Source of the DNA: Candidatus Undinarchaeales archaeon | GTDB lineage: Archaea > SpSt-1190 > JASMDC01 | Reading direction: 5' to 3' | DNA: 64,000 nt | Assembly (NCBI GenBank): GCA_030753015.1 | Contig: JASMDC010000011.1 | Location: 28,844 to 92,843, forward strand | Part shown: positions 1-9,600 of the stretch, piece after piece | Position numbering within the stretch: the stretch's first letter is position 1 | Layout: every line of letters begins with the position of its first letter | Notes under the pieces: model-generated | Told to the model about the DNA's origin: nothing | The model's input: the letters and a program-made list of their open reading frames with translations, nothing else | Databases searched by the model: none | Made by a program: the position numbers and the translations under genes

Positions 1-88
1 CACATGGGATGTAGACGATGAAGAGTGGGCGCGAATCGAGAAGGATCTGGTCTGCACGTGGCGTTCGTTCGAGGGGCGGCTCCTATGA
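1..88 (+). CDS. 3' end of probable VapB-type antitoxin (partial)
   Basis: Open frame ...WDVDDEEWARIEKDLVCTWRSFEGRLL*; its stop overlaps the ATG of the PIN gene (ATGA 85-88). Confidence 0.55.
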   Translation, partial: TWDVDDEEWARIEKDLVCTWRSFEGRLL

Positions 89-483
89 TCCCTTTATGCC
101 TGGACACGGACCTCTTGGTGGCCATACTTCGCGGCGACCCATCCGCCAGGCATTTTATCCTGGGCAATGAAAAAGGGACCCAGCTTGCGACGACGACCGT
201 AAACGCGTTCGAGGTCCTCTTCGGCGCGAACCGGTCGCGAAAGAGGAAGGAGAACCTCCTTGCCACCAACAGATTGCTCAGCAGGCTTCACATCCTTCCC
301 CTCGACCTCGAAAGCGCGGACGAGGCCGCATCCCTGTTCGCCTCGCTCCACGACAAGGGGTGCCCGCTAGATCTTCGGGACACGCTCATCGCCGCTATCG
401 CCCTGACGAAGGGCTATGTTCTTGTCACGAGGAATACCAAGCACTTTGACAGGGCGAAGGAGCTCGGTACCAAGATCTGGTAG
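85..483 (+). CDS. vapC: PIN-domain VapC toxin
   Basis: CLDTD, E, DTLIAAIA and LVTRNTKHF PIN motifs; 132 aa. Confidence 0.9.
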   Translation: MIPLCLDTDLLVAILRGDPSARHFILGNEKGTQLATTTVNAFEVLFGANRSRKRKENLLATNRLLSRLHILPLDLESADEAASLFASLHDKGCPLDLRDTLIAAIALTKGYVLVTRNTKHFDRAKELGTKIW

Positions 484-632
484 CGGTAGTGGGGTGCAGG
501 ACGGCGGCAGGTTCACCGTTGAGCTGCGCGGCGAGACGGCGCCGTACCTCAAGGTCACCCCCTCCATGGACAGGCTGTCCGATAATTCGTAGATCCTGTC
601 GCTTCAAGGCCTCTGAACCATGTCACAGGAAG

Positions 633-723
633 TGTGCACCCTAACTTCTATGGGGGTGATATTCAGCACCTGGATGGAAAGAGGCCCTCAAACAAGGTCA
701 ATAAAGTTGTGCACCCTAACTTC
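633..723 (+). repeat. 16-bp direct repeat TGTGCACCCTAACTTC, probable operator
   Basis: Copies at 633-648 and 708-723; the second is just upstream of ATG 728. Confidence 0.6.
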
Positions 724-727
724 AGTC

Positions 728-937
728 ATGGTGTACACGGAGATCAAGACGATCAAAGGACGGCAATACAAGTACCTCCGCAAGTGCGTCCGGATCAACG
801 GCCGTGTAGTTCACAGGACAGTGAAGTACCTGGGCCCTTTGAAACCAAGATACAGATCCCAGAAAAAGAAGGCGATCCGATCAGACACTTACAACGGGTT
901 TGAGTCAGAAAGCTCACCTCATTCATGGGTGGGATGA
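728..937 (+). CDS. Small basic putative DNA-binding protein, C-terminus probably interrupted by the IS remnant
   Basis: IKTIKGRQYKYLRKCVRINGRVVHRTVKYLGP beta-sheet motif, common in small proteins associated with archaeal mobile elements. Confidence 0.6.
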   Translation: MVYTEIKTIKGRQYKYLRKCVRINGRVVHRTVKYLGPLKPRYRSQKKKAIRSDTYNGFESESSPHSWVG

Positions 938-1476
938 ATGACGTGTTTCCCTGAAGGGAACCAAACCCGAAAGGTAAAAGGACCACATGAATACCGGTAT
1001 GTCGCCCCCCTTTGGTATTTATTGTTGAACGACCTCCTATTGTCTGGAGGGATGCTCAAGGGCCTTCAAGCGGTATTAAGAGGCGACGCTCATCTGGAGC
1101 GATCAGTGGGATGCCTTCATCGGTCTGCTCCGCAACACGGCTGTAGCGGCCTGGGCGGAGCTGGTCGAGGTGGGCCCGAGGAACACATCACCGATATGCA
1201 GCTCGTGCGGGACATAGTTACCAGGGCGCAGACCCGCGTCCATCGATGCCCGCACTGCGGGTTCGAGGCGTATCCGGATGTGAACGTCGCAGAGAACATA
1301 CTCGTAGAAACTAGGGCTGGACGAGCCCGAAGTCACGCCTGTGGAGATCCCGCCTATACTCCCGCCATAGACGGGGGGGGGCAAGCGGAATCGCAGAAGC
1401 AGGAACTATACGCGGTGAGCCCATCGGGGCGATATACGCTGGAAGCCCGTGGATTTTATCCACGGGAGGATGTCAC
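905..1476 (+). mobile_element. Internally deleted IS200/IS605-family (tnpB) element
   Basis: Left-end-like GAAAGCTCACC..GGTGGGATGAATG; right-end hairpin CCCGTGGA-TTTTA-TCCACGGG followed by AGGATGTCAC; frameshifted TnpB Zn finger (NTSPICSSCG / CPHCG..DVNVAENI). Confidence 0.8.
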
Positions 1477-1559
1477 GATCGCTCCACAAGCAAGAATGGC
1501 ACCTTGCCCCGGACATCGAGGGCATGATACAGGATGACCACTTTATCAGTGGGATGATG

Positions 1560-2501
1560 TCACAGCCACTCCTGTTTGATGAAGTACACGACCGCCACTG
1601 CGGAGAACAACAGGCAGATGAGCATGATGATCCAGAACGCGTGGGGCGTCTGGTCGAGGGGCAGGGTGACGTTCATCCCGTAGATGCTCGACACGAGGGT
1701 GGGGAGCGAGAGGATGATGGTGATGGACGTGAGTATCTTCATCACCGTGTTGAGGTTGTTCGAGACCACCGATGAGTACGTCTCCATCGTCCCCTGGAGG
1801 ATGTTCGAGAAGATGTTGGCCATCTCGACGCATTGCTGGTTCTCGACGATGAGGTCGTCGAGAATATCCTCGTCCTCCTCGTAGAGCTTGACGACCTTGC
1901 CCTGGGACAGGCGTGCGAGCACGTTCCCGTTGCCCACGATGCCCGTGCGGAAGTAGATGAGGTCCTTCTGCAGCTCCATGAGCTCGATGATCTCCTCGTT
2001 CCGGATGGAGCTGAGAAGACCCGTCTCGATGTTCTGCATCTCCCGCTCGATGCTGGCCAGGTGGCGGAGGTAGGCGACGATAGTGCGTGAGATGACCTGG
2101 AGGAGGAACAGCGTCGTCTTTGAGGTGGCGAACGATCGCACCTTGTCCTCCCTGAACGAGTGGAGCACCGTCTCGTCCTCGAGGCAGACTGTGATGACGT
2201 GCTCCTCCGCGAGGATGATGCCGAGGGGGAGGGTGGACAGCTTGAGCCTGCCGCCTTCCTTCTCGCTCTTGATGGGGATGCGGATGATGAACAGGCGGCT
2301 TCCCGGTTCGATGTCGAGGCGGGAACGCTCGTCGTCGTCGAGGGGGAAGAGCATGTGGTCCTCTACAGCGGTGGTGTTCCCGAGCACCTTCCCCATCTCA
2401 TCAGGGGTCGGTCGGACCAGGTCGACCCAGTCGCCGGGCTTGACGTCGTCGACGAGCTGGAGGGTCTCGTCCGCAGCGTGCTTGCGGTAGATACGCATCA
2501 T
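1560..2501 (-). CDS. corA: CorA-family Mg2+ transporter
   Basis: YGMN motif and two C-terminal TM helices. Confidence 0.92.
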   Translation of the reverse strand: MMRIYRKHAADETLQLVDDVKPGDWVDLVRPTPDEMGKVLGNTTAVEDHMLFPLDDDERSRLDIEPGSRLFIIRIPIKSEKEGGRLKLSTLPLGIILAEEHVITVCLEDETVLHSFREDKVRSFATSKTTLFLLQVISRTIVAYLRHLASIEREMQNIETGLLSSIRNEEIIELMELQKDLIYFRTGIVGNGNVLARLSQGKVVKLYEEDEDILDDLIVENQQCVEMANIFSNILQGTMETYSSVVSNNLNTVMKILTSITIILSLPTLVSSIYGMNVTLPLDQTPHAFWIIMLICLLFSAVAVVYFIKQEWL

Positions 2502-2592
2502 GGTAAACGACCCCACCTAGGGCTCGGCGCCCTTTCTGGCGCGGAACATAAGAAAAGCATTTAACCTTGTCCTTGGCCGGGCAGCAGCGCCT

Positions 2593-3129
2593 TCAGGCCG
2601 TCTCCCAGGGCAGTTCTGGGCCTAGGGCGTCGAGGAACCACGCGTTGAGCCGACGCACGCGGTCGGTGGCCGTGTGGTCGGAGCCGAGCTCACGGATGAA
2701 CCGTGCTTCCGCCTCCTCGGGGGTACCGACACGAACGCCGAACACCAGGTTGTCGGCGAAGGCGACCACCCGCTCCTCCAGGCTCTCGGGCAGATAGTCG
2801 CGTACCGGCAGGCCCACCGTGGACGCCTCCTTCCGGTCGATACCGGCGCCGATATGAACTAGGGCGATCCGCGCGATGGTCTCGTCCTCGTCGCGGAGAA
2901 TGCGGTAGCCCTCGAGACAATGATCGATCCCGTGGGAGCGAGACCGGCCGATGTCGTGGAGCAGGGCGCCCGTCTCCACCAGCGCCACGTCAACAGGATG
3001 CCCGCGACCTCTCAGTGTCTCGGCGACCCGGCAGGCCAGCCGTGCCACCGTCCGGGAATGGTCGATGACGTGGGCCTCGAGACCTGACGAGGTCAGGAGC
3101 TCCTCAGCCCGTTCCCTGGTCACCGGCAA
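2593..3129 (-). CDS. HD-domain protein (archaeal HDIG type)
   Basis: H..HDIGR..H..HIGAG..ADN motifs; TTG start with GGAGG SD. Confidence 0.85.
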   Translation of the reverse strand: MPVTRERAEELLTSSGLEAHVIDHSRTVARLACRVAETLRGRGHPVDVALVETGALLHDIGRSRSHGIDHCLEGYRILRDEDETIARIALVHIGAGIDRKEASTVGLPVRDYLPESLEERVVAFADNLVFGVRVGTPEEAEARFIRELGSDHTATDRVRRLNAWFLDALGPELPWETA

Positions 3130-3598
3130 GGATGTCCCTCCGCGCCCGGAGCTTCTCGACCACCGTGTCCAGGGGCTCGAGCTGGATGCGGGTTCCTGCC
3201 GCGATGTCCATGAAGCCCATCTCGTTCGGGTACCGGGGGACCACGTGAGCATGGAGGTGGGGGATGCTCGCTCCCGAGAACACTCCTTGGTTGATACCGA
3301 TGTTGAAGCCCTTGGGCGTGAACACCTCCTCGAGCAGCTGAACGCTCCGTTCCATGAGGGTGTAGAACGACCCGCGCTCGTCGGACCGGAGGTCGGCCAG
3401 GGTCTCGACATGCCGCAAGGGGATGATGAGGAGGTGACCGGGATTGTACGGGTAGATGTTCAGCACGACCATCGTGTGATCGTTGCGGTACACCTCGTAG
3501 TCGGGATCGGCCCCTTCGCGAACAGCACAGAGGATGCATCCCTCTGGCCGCTCCCCGCGGACGTACTCTCCCTTCCATGGAACGGTGAGATACGTCAT
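3104..3598 (-). CDS. HIT-family hydrolase (Ap4A phosphorylase-like)
   Basis: CILC, YPYNPGH and HLHAHVVPR motifs. Confidence 0.92.
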   Translation of the reverse strand: MTYLTVPWKGEYVRGERPEGCILCAVREGADPDYEVYRNDHTMVVLNIYPYNPGHLLIIPLRHVETLADLRSDERGSFYTLMERSVQLLEEVFTPKGFNIGINQGVFSGASIPHLHAHVVPRYPNEMGFMDIAAGTRIQLEPLDTVVEKLRARRDILAGDQGTG

Positions 3599-4719
3599 GA
3601 TGCGTCCTCCAGCTTCAGGACGATCCGTCCCTCGTCCTCCTTGATCTCCACGACCGCCTTGGCCTCGGGGAGACCGGCCTTGCTCCCCTCCTCCAGTCGC
3701 TCCTTGATCTCGTCCCAGCCCAGGCGCCGCCGGGCCGCGAGCAGGTTCGCAAGGATGTTCTCCACGAGCTGGAGGTTGGCGAAGATGAGGTCGCCGCGTT
3801 TGCGGTCCTCCACGGACGAGGCCTTGAACCCATCGAGGAAGCGCTCCTGTTTCGCAAGCGTCTCTTCCAGCGAGCGAACCTTCGATTGGCGCTTATCCTC
3901 GGCCGCCTTCTCGGCCCTGCCACCGGCGTGCTCCGTGTAGTGGTCGTCCAGGGCCTGGTTGAATGTGTCGAACGTCTCGCGTTCGGTCTCCCCGTCGATC
4001 AATAGCTTGAGCGGTGCAGGTCTCCCCCCGGTAGGCGTGTTCGGCGAGAGCTCGCCCTCGATCGCCTCGAGGAAGGCGGTCAGGAACGGGAACACCTTCC
4101 GCGCTACTTCTTCTGTGGTTGGCGCGTCCTTCTCAACGCTCGCGCGCAGGCACACCTCTTCTGCATACCTCCCACCGAGCCCGACCTCAACGGCCAGAGC
4201 GCGGACGAGGTCCCGTTCGGACGCGGCGAGCAGCTGGACGAAACCCTCCTCGTCAAGATCGTAGGGATCACTGGAGATGCTTGGCGGATACTCGTAGGAC
4301 CTCCCGTGGAGCACGTCCCTGTCCCGCCATCGCTGACGGGAGAGGAGACCGATGATGAGGCCCTCAGGGCCTAGAAGGGCCAGGTTGCCCTTGCTGAAGA
4401 GCTCGAGCAGGAGCACGCGTTCTCCAAGGTCGACCTCGACGATGCGATCGAAGCCGTACTGACGCACCTCCTTGATAACCTGGCCGCTAAGGTGCTTACG
4501 CAGCTGCATGGCGAGGGCCGTCGCCTGGATGGGGGCGCTCCTGCGCGTGACGCTGAGGTGGACGCTCCTGCCGGGGACCACGACCAGTTCGGCCTGGCCC
4601 GTCAGACGGGAGTAGAGGCGGATGCGGACCTCGTCCTCGAACTGGAACACCTTGTCCACACGAGCCCCCTCGAGGACCGCCAGCTCCTTGACGACAGCAC
4701 GCACGTCAGGGCTGCTCAT
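3595..4719 (-). CDS. rqcH: Rqc2/NFACT homolog, N-terminal half only
   Basis: MQLRKHL, FDRIV, ELFSKGN, GLGGRYAEE and TFNQALDDHY motifs; ends after 374 aa. Confidence 0.8.
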   Translation of the reverse strand: MSSPDVRAVVKELAVLEGARVDKVFQFEDEVRIRLYSRLTGQAELVVVPGRSVHLSVTRRSAPIQATALAMQLRKHLSGQVIKEVRQYGFDRIVEVDLGERVLLLELFSKGNLALLGPEGLIIGLLSRQRWRDRDVLHGRSYEYPPSISSDPYDLDEEGFVQLLAASERDLVRALAVEVGLGGRYAEEVCLRASVEKDAPTTEEVARKVFPFLTAFLEAIEGELSPNTPTGGRPAPLKLLIDGETERETFDTFNQALDDHYTEHAGGRAEKAAEDKRQSKVRSLEETLAKQERFLDGFKASSVEDRKRGDLIFANLQLVENILANLLAARRRLGWDEIKERLEEGSKAGLPEAKAVVEIKEDEGRIVLKLEDAS

Positions 4720-5186
4720 CGGCTCTGCCGTGATCTACCACCCCCGATCTTTAGCATCCATCCCAGTTCGCGCTCGCCGTACCGTCCCCATGCGTCACCG
4801 ACGCCCTCCCGCTCATCCTTATGGATGATGAGGGCCATGAGATTTACTGAGACCGCAGCGAGGACGGTCAGGTCACGGACATCCTTCATGTCAGCGTCCC
4901 GGCCAAGGATGCGGAGAGCGCTCACGGCACAAGAGTTCACCTTGCGAAGGATCCCGTGGTCCTCATCCTGCGGGGACGGCCATGGATTGTGGTCCACCTC
5001 GATCCCGAACCGCTCACGGAGATATGAGGGCTCGAACACGCGCTCCACCCGTTCATCGTCGACGAAGAGCTTGTAGTTCGCGATGGCATCCGATCGTGAG
5101 TCGAGCACAGCGATCTCCTCCATCGTGGGAACGCGTCCCTGCTCGAACACGGCACGGAGGACGTCGTTCGGGCGGATCCGGGGCAT
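4716..5186 (-). CDS. Hypothetical protein
   Basis: First ORF of the operon, ATGA overlap with rqcH, upstream TATA-like TTTTTAAG. Confidence 0.6.
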   Translation of the reverse strand: MPRIRPNDVLRAVFEQGRVPTMEEIAVLDSRSDAIANYKLFVDDERVERVFEPSYLRERFGIEVDHNPWPSPQDEDHGILRKVNSCAVSALRILGRDADMKDVRDLTVLAAVSVNLMALIIHKDEREGVGDAWGRYGERELGWMLKIGGGRSRQSR

Positions 5187-5241
5187 GGTCGGGAGGAGGG
5201 CACACCACTTAAAAAATGTTACCTACGGCAATTGGACTGAA

Positions 5242-6108
5242 ATGCGCGTCGGTGTCGCCGTCTTCACGACCGCCGAGTTCTCAATGGACGATGTTGTCCA
5301 GAGGCTGGACGACATCGAGCGCTTGGGCGTGGGCCATGCCGAGCTGCGGTTCGGTGACGTGCCATTGGCGCGTGAGGGCTCACGCTTCAATCCTCGGGCC
5401 CTGACAGAGTTCCAGGACATCCTCTCCTCTTACAGCCTAACCCTCTCGGCCCACGCCGCCATCTACCAGGACGGGTTCCGGCTCAATCCTGCGCACCCGT
5501 CTGCGAGCGTACGCCGCAGGAGCCTTGAGCTTCTCCGCCTCTACCTCGACACCTGCGAACGGCTCGACGCGTCCCCGCTCATCACGCACCTCGGGAAGGT
5601 GTTCCCGGACGGAAAGGACGACGAGTGGCTCAAGGGGGGCGAGGCCGTAGCGGAGGCGAAGCGCACGGTGCCAGCACTGGCACACGATTCATCGGTCCCG
5701 CTGGTGATAGAGAACTCGAACGTCGATCCAGTCCGAGTGGCCGTGTTCGAGCGCCCCGAGGAGGTCGCCGACCTCGAGTTCCCGGTATGTCTGGACATCG
5801 GTCACGGATGGGTGTCCTCATCATACCATGGGTTCGAGCCCGAGGAGTTCGTACGGCTCCTAAAGAAGCGCATCGTCCACCTCCACGTCCACGACAATCT
5901 GGGGCGAGTCCATCCCGAAGGGGAGAGCAATCCCGAGGAGGGATGGGGCGACATACACCTGCCCATCGGGAAGGGGACATGCCCTGTGGAGCGCTTCCTC
6001 AAGGGACTCCGCGGATTCCGTGGCACGGTCGTGCTCGAGCAAGATCCGTTCAATCCAGAAGACGTACCGCCGGTAGTGCGACGGGTACGACAGCTCCTCG
6101 ATGGGTGA
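5242..6108 (+). CDS. Sugar phosphate isomerase/epimerase (AP endonuclease 2 TIM barrel)
   Basis: IEN, CLDIGH, HLHVHDN and DIHLPIGKG motifs. Confidence 0.85.
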   Translation: MRVGVAVFTTAEFSMDDVVQRLDDIERLGVGHAELRFGDVPLAREGSRFNPRALTEFQDILSSYSLTLSAHAAIYQDGFRLNPAHPSASVRRRSLELLRLYLDTCERLDASPLITHLGKVFPDGKDDEWLKGGEAVAEAKRTVPALAHDSSVPLVIENSNVDPVRVAVFERPEEVADLEFPVCLDIGHGWVSSSYHGFEPEEFVRLLKKRIVHLHVHDNLGRVHPEGESNPEEGWGDIHLPIGKGTCPVERFLKGLRGFRGTVVLEQDPFNPEDVPPVVRRVRQLLDG

Positions 6109-6156
6109 CCGCCGCCCCAGAAACCTTTATCAATCCCACACGTCCCTGCATGCGCT

Positions 6157-6579
6157 ATGACCGACCCCAATGCCGCCGAAATGCAGCAGCGGCTCTACGA
6201 GATCGAGATCCTCAAGGAGAGGGCCCAGCAGATCCAGCTCCAGCTCATGAAGGTCGCCGAGACGCGTGAGAGCCTCGCGTTGACCAATGATGCGCTCGAG
6301 CGGCTCAAGGACCTGAAGAAGGGTAGCGAGGCGCTCATCCCCATCGGCTCGGGCGTGTACGTCTACACCAAGCTCGAGGATACCAAGAAGGTCATGGTCA
6401 ACATCGGGGGCGTCGTGGGGAGCAGGAGCATCCCCGACAGCATCACGTTCATCGATAAACAGCTCGAGAACCTCGAGAAGGGACAGGAAGGCCTGGAGAA
6501 GACCTTCAACGAGCTCAACGAGAACCTCCAGCAGCTCAAGCTGAGCATGCAGATGGAGCAGATCCCGCAGATGATGTGA
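6157..6579 (+). CDS. pfdA: Prefoldin alpha subunit
   Basis: Coiled coils flanking LIPIGSGVY..VMVNIGGV hairpins. Confidence 0.9.
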   Translation: MTDPNAAEMQQRLYEIEILKERAQQIQLQLMKVAETRESLALTNDALERLKDLKKGSEALIPIGSGVYVYTKLEDTKKVMVNIGGVVGSRSIPDSITFIDKQLENLEKGQEGLEKTFNELNENLQQLKLSMQMEQIPQMM

Positions 6580-6665
6580 TACGACCGCCCCGGTCGTGCG
6601 AAGGTTGAACGCGGGATAGCCGGAGAGCGAAAGGTAGTTATTCCAGCACGGCCTCATCTTCTAGT

Positions 6666-9600
6666 ATGAGGGGGGGAAGACTAGTTCGTAGGGTATTGGT
6701 CGTTCTCCTAATCAATGTACTCATTGCCATCCTGGCCCATGGAGCCGTGGACGACGGCCTCATAGCGCACTGGACGTTCGACGAAGGCCGCGGCTCGACC
6801 GTCAATGATCATAGCGAGTACGGAAACCACGGGACCGTGGACAGAGCGACATGGACTGCAGGCGTTTCCGGCGACGCCCTGTCCTTCAATGGGGAGAGCA
6901 GCAGTGTGCGGGTCTTGGATTCAGACAGCCTGGATGTCACTGTCGGGCTCACCATCGCTGCGTGGATCAACGCCGTGGCGTTCTTCGGCGAGGGCGACCA
7001 CAATGGGAATCCCATCGTCACCAAATGGGAAACTACGAGGAACGGCGTCCCCATCGGACAGTACCACCTCTCGCTCTACGAAGGGGGAAATATCATCTTC
7101 CGGGTGGCCGGGGACACCGAACTCGACGAGCTCGTCGCCGAGCAAGTGGTGGATGTCGGCGGATGGTCCCATATCGCGGCCTCATGGGATGGGCGCATAA
7201 TGAGGTTGTACGTGAACGGAAGCGTGGTGGCCGAGAAATCGTCCAAGGTCGCAACCATCCAGAACCGTGAGTACGGAGGGGACGACCTCAAGATCGGTCA
7301 AGACACGGGAGGGTGGGATCCGCCGGGCTGGTATTTCCATGGGGCCATCGACGACGTGCGTATCTACGGGAGAGCGCTGACGGCGGATGAGGTGACAGAC
7401 CTGCACACGATAGTGGAGAGAGATGCGGGGATGGGACCAACTATGCCTAGTTCCTTGTACGATGGCCTCCCACCCAATGGCCCCCTCGACCTCTCGACTT
7501 TTGTAGTCCATTTCGGCGATGATCCAACCCACCCCTGCACGTCCTGGGACAATGAGGTTTCTCCGTCGCGGATCACGCTCAAATGCGATCACGCTTCAGC
7601 CTGGTGGTCGGCAGTGGCCCTGCGGGAGGTGGACGTCAGCGATTACAGTCGGATGCGGCTGACGGGTACGATCACGTCATCGCCAGCCATCGAGCGGGAT
7701 TACCATTCGGTGCTAGTGGTCCTCCCGGGACGGGTGACCTGCGAGGACGGGGATAGGTACTCGCTATGCTCTCTTGACGGCGAGCCCCTGCAAGGCGTCA
7801 CCGACGGCGTTGGGTGGGGCCGATGGGACGAGGCCGCGATCGCCTACTGCAATGTCCGCACGAACGAGGCTGACAGGGAGTGCGAGCTCGACGCGGATGT
7901 ATCTGGACTTGATACGGTCACGATCGTCTATCTGTTCTCCGACGGTTGGATTATCTGGAGTGATCTGCACGGAACGCTCTCGGACGCGACTATCGAGCTG
8001 GTGCCTGAGGCTTTGGACGATAAGGGTAGCGACTGGCCCATGATCCAGCGGAATCCGGCGCGCACGGGATACACGGATGATGAGGTCCGGCCCCCCCTCA
8101 AGCTCGCATGGAGGTACAAGACAAACGAGGTCGTACGCTCCTCCCCTGCCGTCGTTAATGGAACCGTGTACGTAGGATCGTTTGACAATCACGTGCATGC
8201 GATCGACGCGACCACCGGTGAGTCGATATGGAAGTACCGTACAAAGGACACGATATACTCCTCTCCAGCGCTGTCCGACGGCAGTCTCTACATCGGCTCA
8301 CACGACGGTTATCTCTATTCTTTGGACGCGGCCACAGGAGAGCTCAATTGGAAGTACCAGATGGGTTATTTCTTCAACTGGGACAAGGTCCCCGGTGACG
8401 ATGAGGGCCGGTTCCGTGATTATTTTTCAGGGAACAGGGTAGTCGATTGGGCGGACCGGGCCAAGATAACGAAAGCCGATGACAAGATGTCCATCACGGT
8501 CACATCGGACGGCGACAGCATCACCATATACCTCAATAAAGAACGGTCCGAGGCGACCATTACAAGAAAGCAGCCCACGGGGCTTAGCATGTGGAACTTC
8601 CCCGTGTCAGTGGTGAACAACGAAACGATCGTGTACTATCCCAATGTCGCTGTCACTTCATCGCCCGTGGTATATGACGATACGGTGTACATCAACTCGG
8701 TCGACTACCTCTATGCCTTGGACGCGGGCACTGGAGGGCTCAGATGGAGGTATGACTCCGACCATGTGCTCGATGAGTATCCCGCGATCCACGACGGCCT
8801 TGTCTTTATTCCCACCACCGATGGACATGTTCACGCGATCGATGCGGATACAGGCGTTGGGATGTGGAAGAAAAGGCTAGGTAACAGCAGCATCACCTCG
8901 GTCTCCGTGATCCGCGGGATCGTGTACGCGGGCTCAAAGGACCATTTCATCTATGCACTTGATGCCGCCAATGGGAACCAATTATGGAAATTTGAGACCG
9001 GAGGTAAGATCCACTCCGCTCCCGCCATTGATGATGAACGCGTGTTCATCGGATCGGACGACGGTTTTGTGCATGCACTGGACGCGTCTACAGGCGAGGA
9101 AAGAGCGAGGTACTGGATCGGTATCTGGGTGTATTCGGCCCCTGCAGTATCTGGTGGGACCGTGTACATATCCTCACTCGATAATTCGATCTATGCCGTG
9201 GACATCGAGACAGAGGAGCAAACTTGGAGATACGAAACGGGTGGGAGGATATCATCGTCCCCTGCCGTCTCCAACGGTATGATCTACGTGGGCTCCGACG
9301 ATGAGTACTTGTACGCTTTCAGGGGCTGTCGACCGTCCGAAGGCTGCTGTTCCGACGCCGATTGTGAGCAGGATATGACCTGCACCTCGCGCGAATGCCT
9401 TCCCCGCGACTGTGGTGAGCTAGAAACCTGTGGTAACGAGTGCGTCAATCCGACGGCAGGCCGATGCTGCAAAGACGCGTGGTACCCCGGTGCCGAGTGC
9501 TGCGCAAACGATGACTGCGACGCAGGGACGATATGCGTGTCCGGCACGTGCTCACGGATGAGCACCTTCACCCCTTCGACCGACAGCCCCTGGCTCCTGG

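Noticed and set aside
2951-3940. Long antisense and alternative-frame ORFs here and throughout (e.g. 17264-18415, 19014-20135, 58838-59926)
   Set aside because: These are shadow ORFs expected in high-GC DNA opposite well-supported genes
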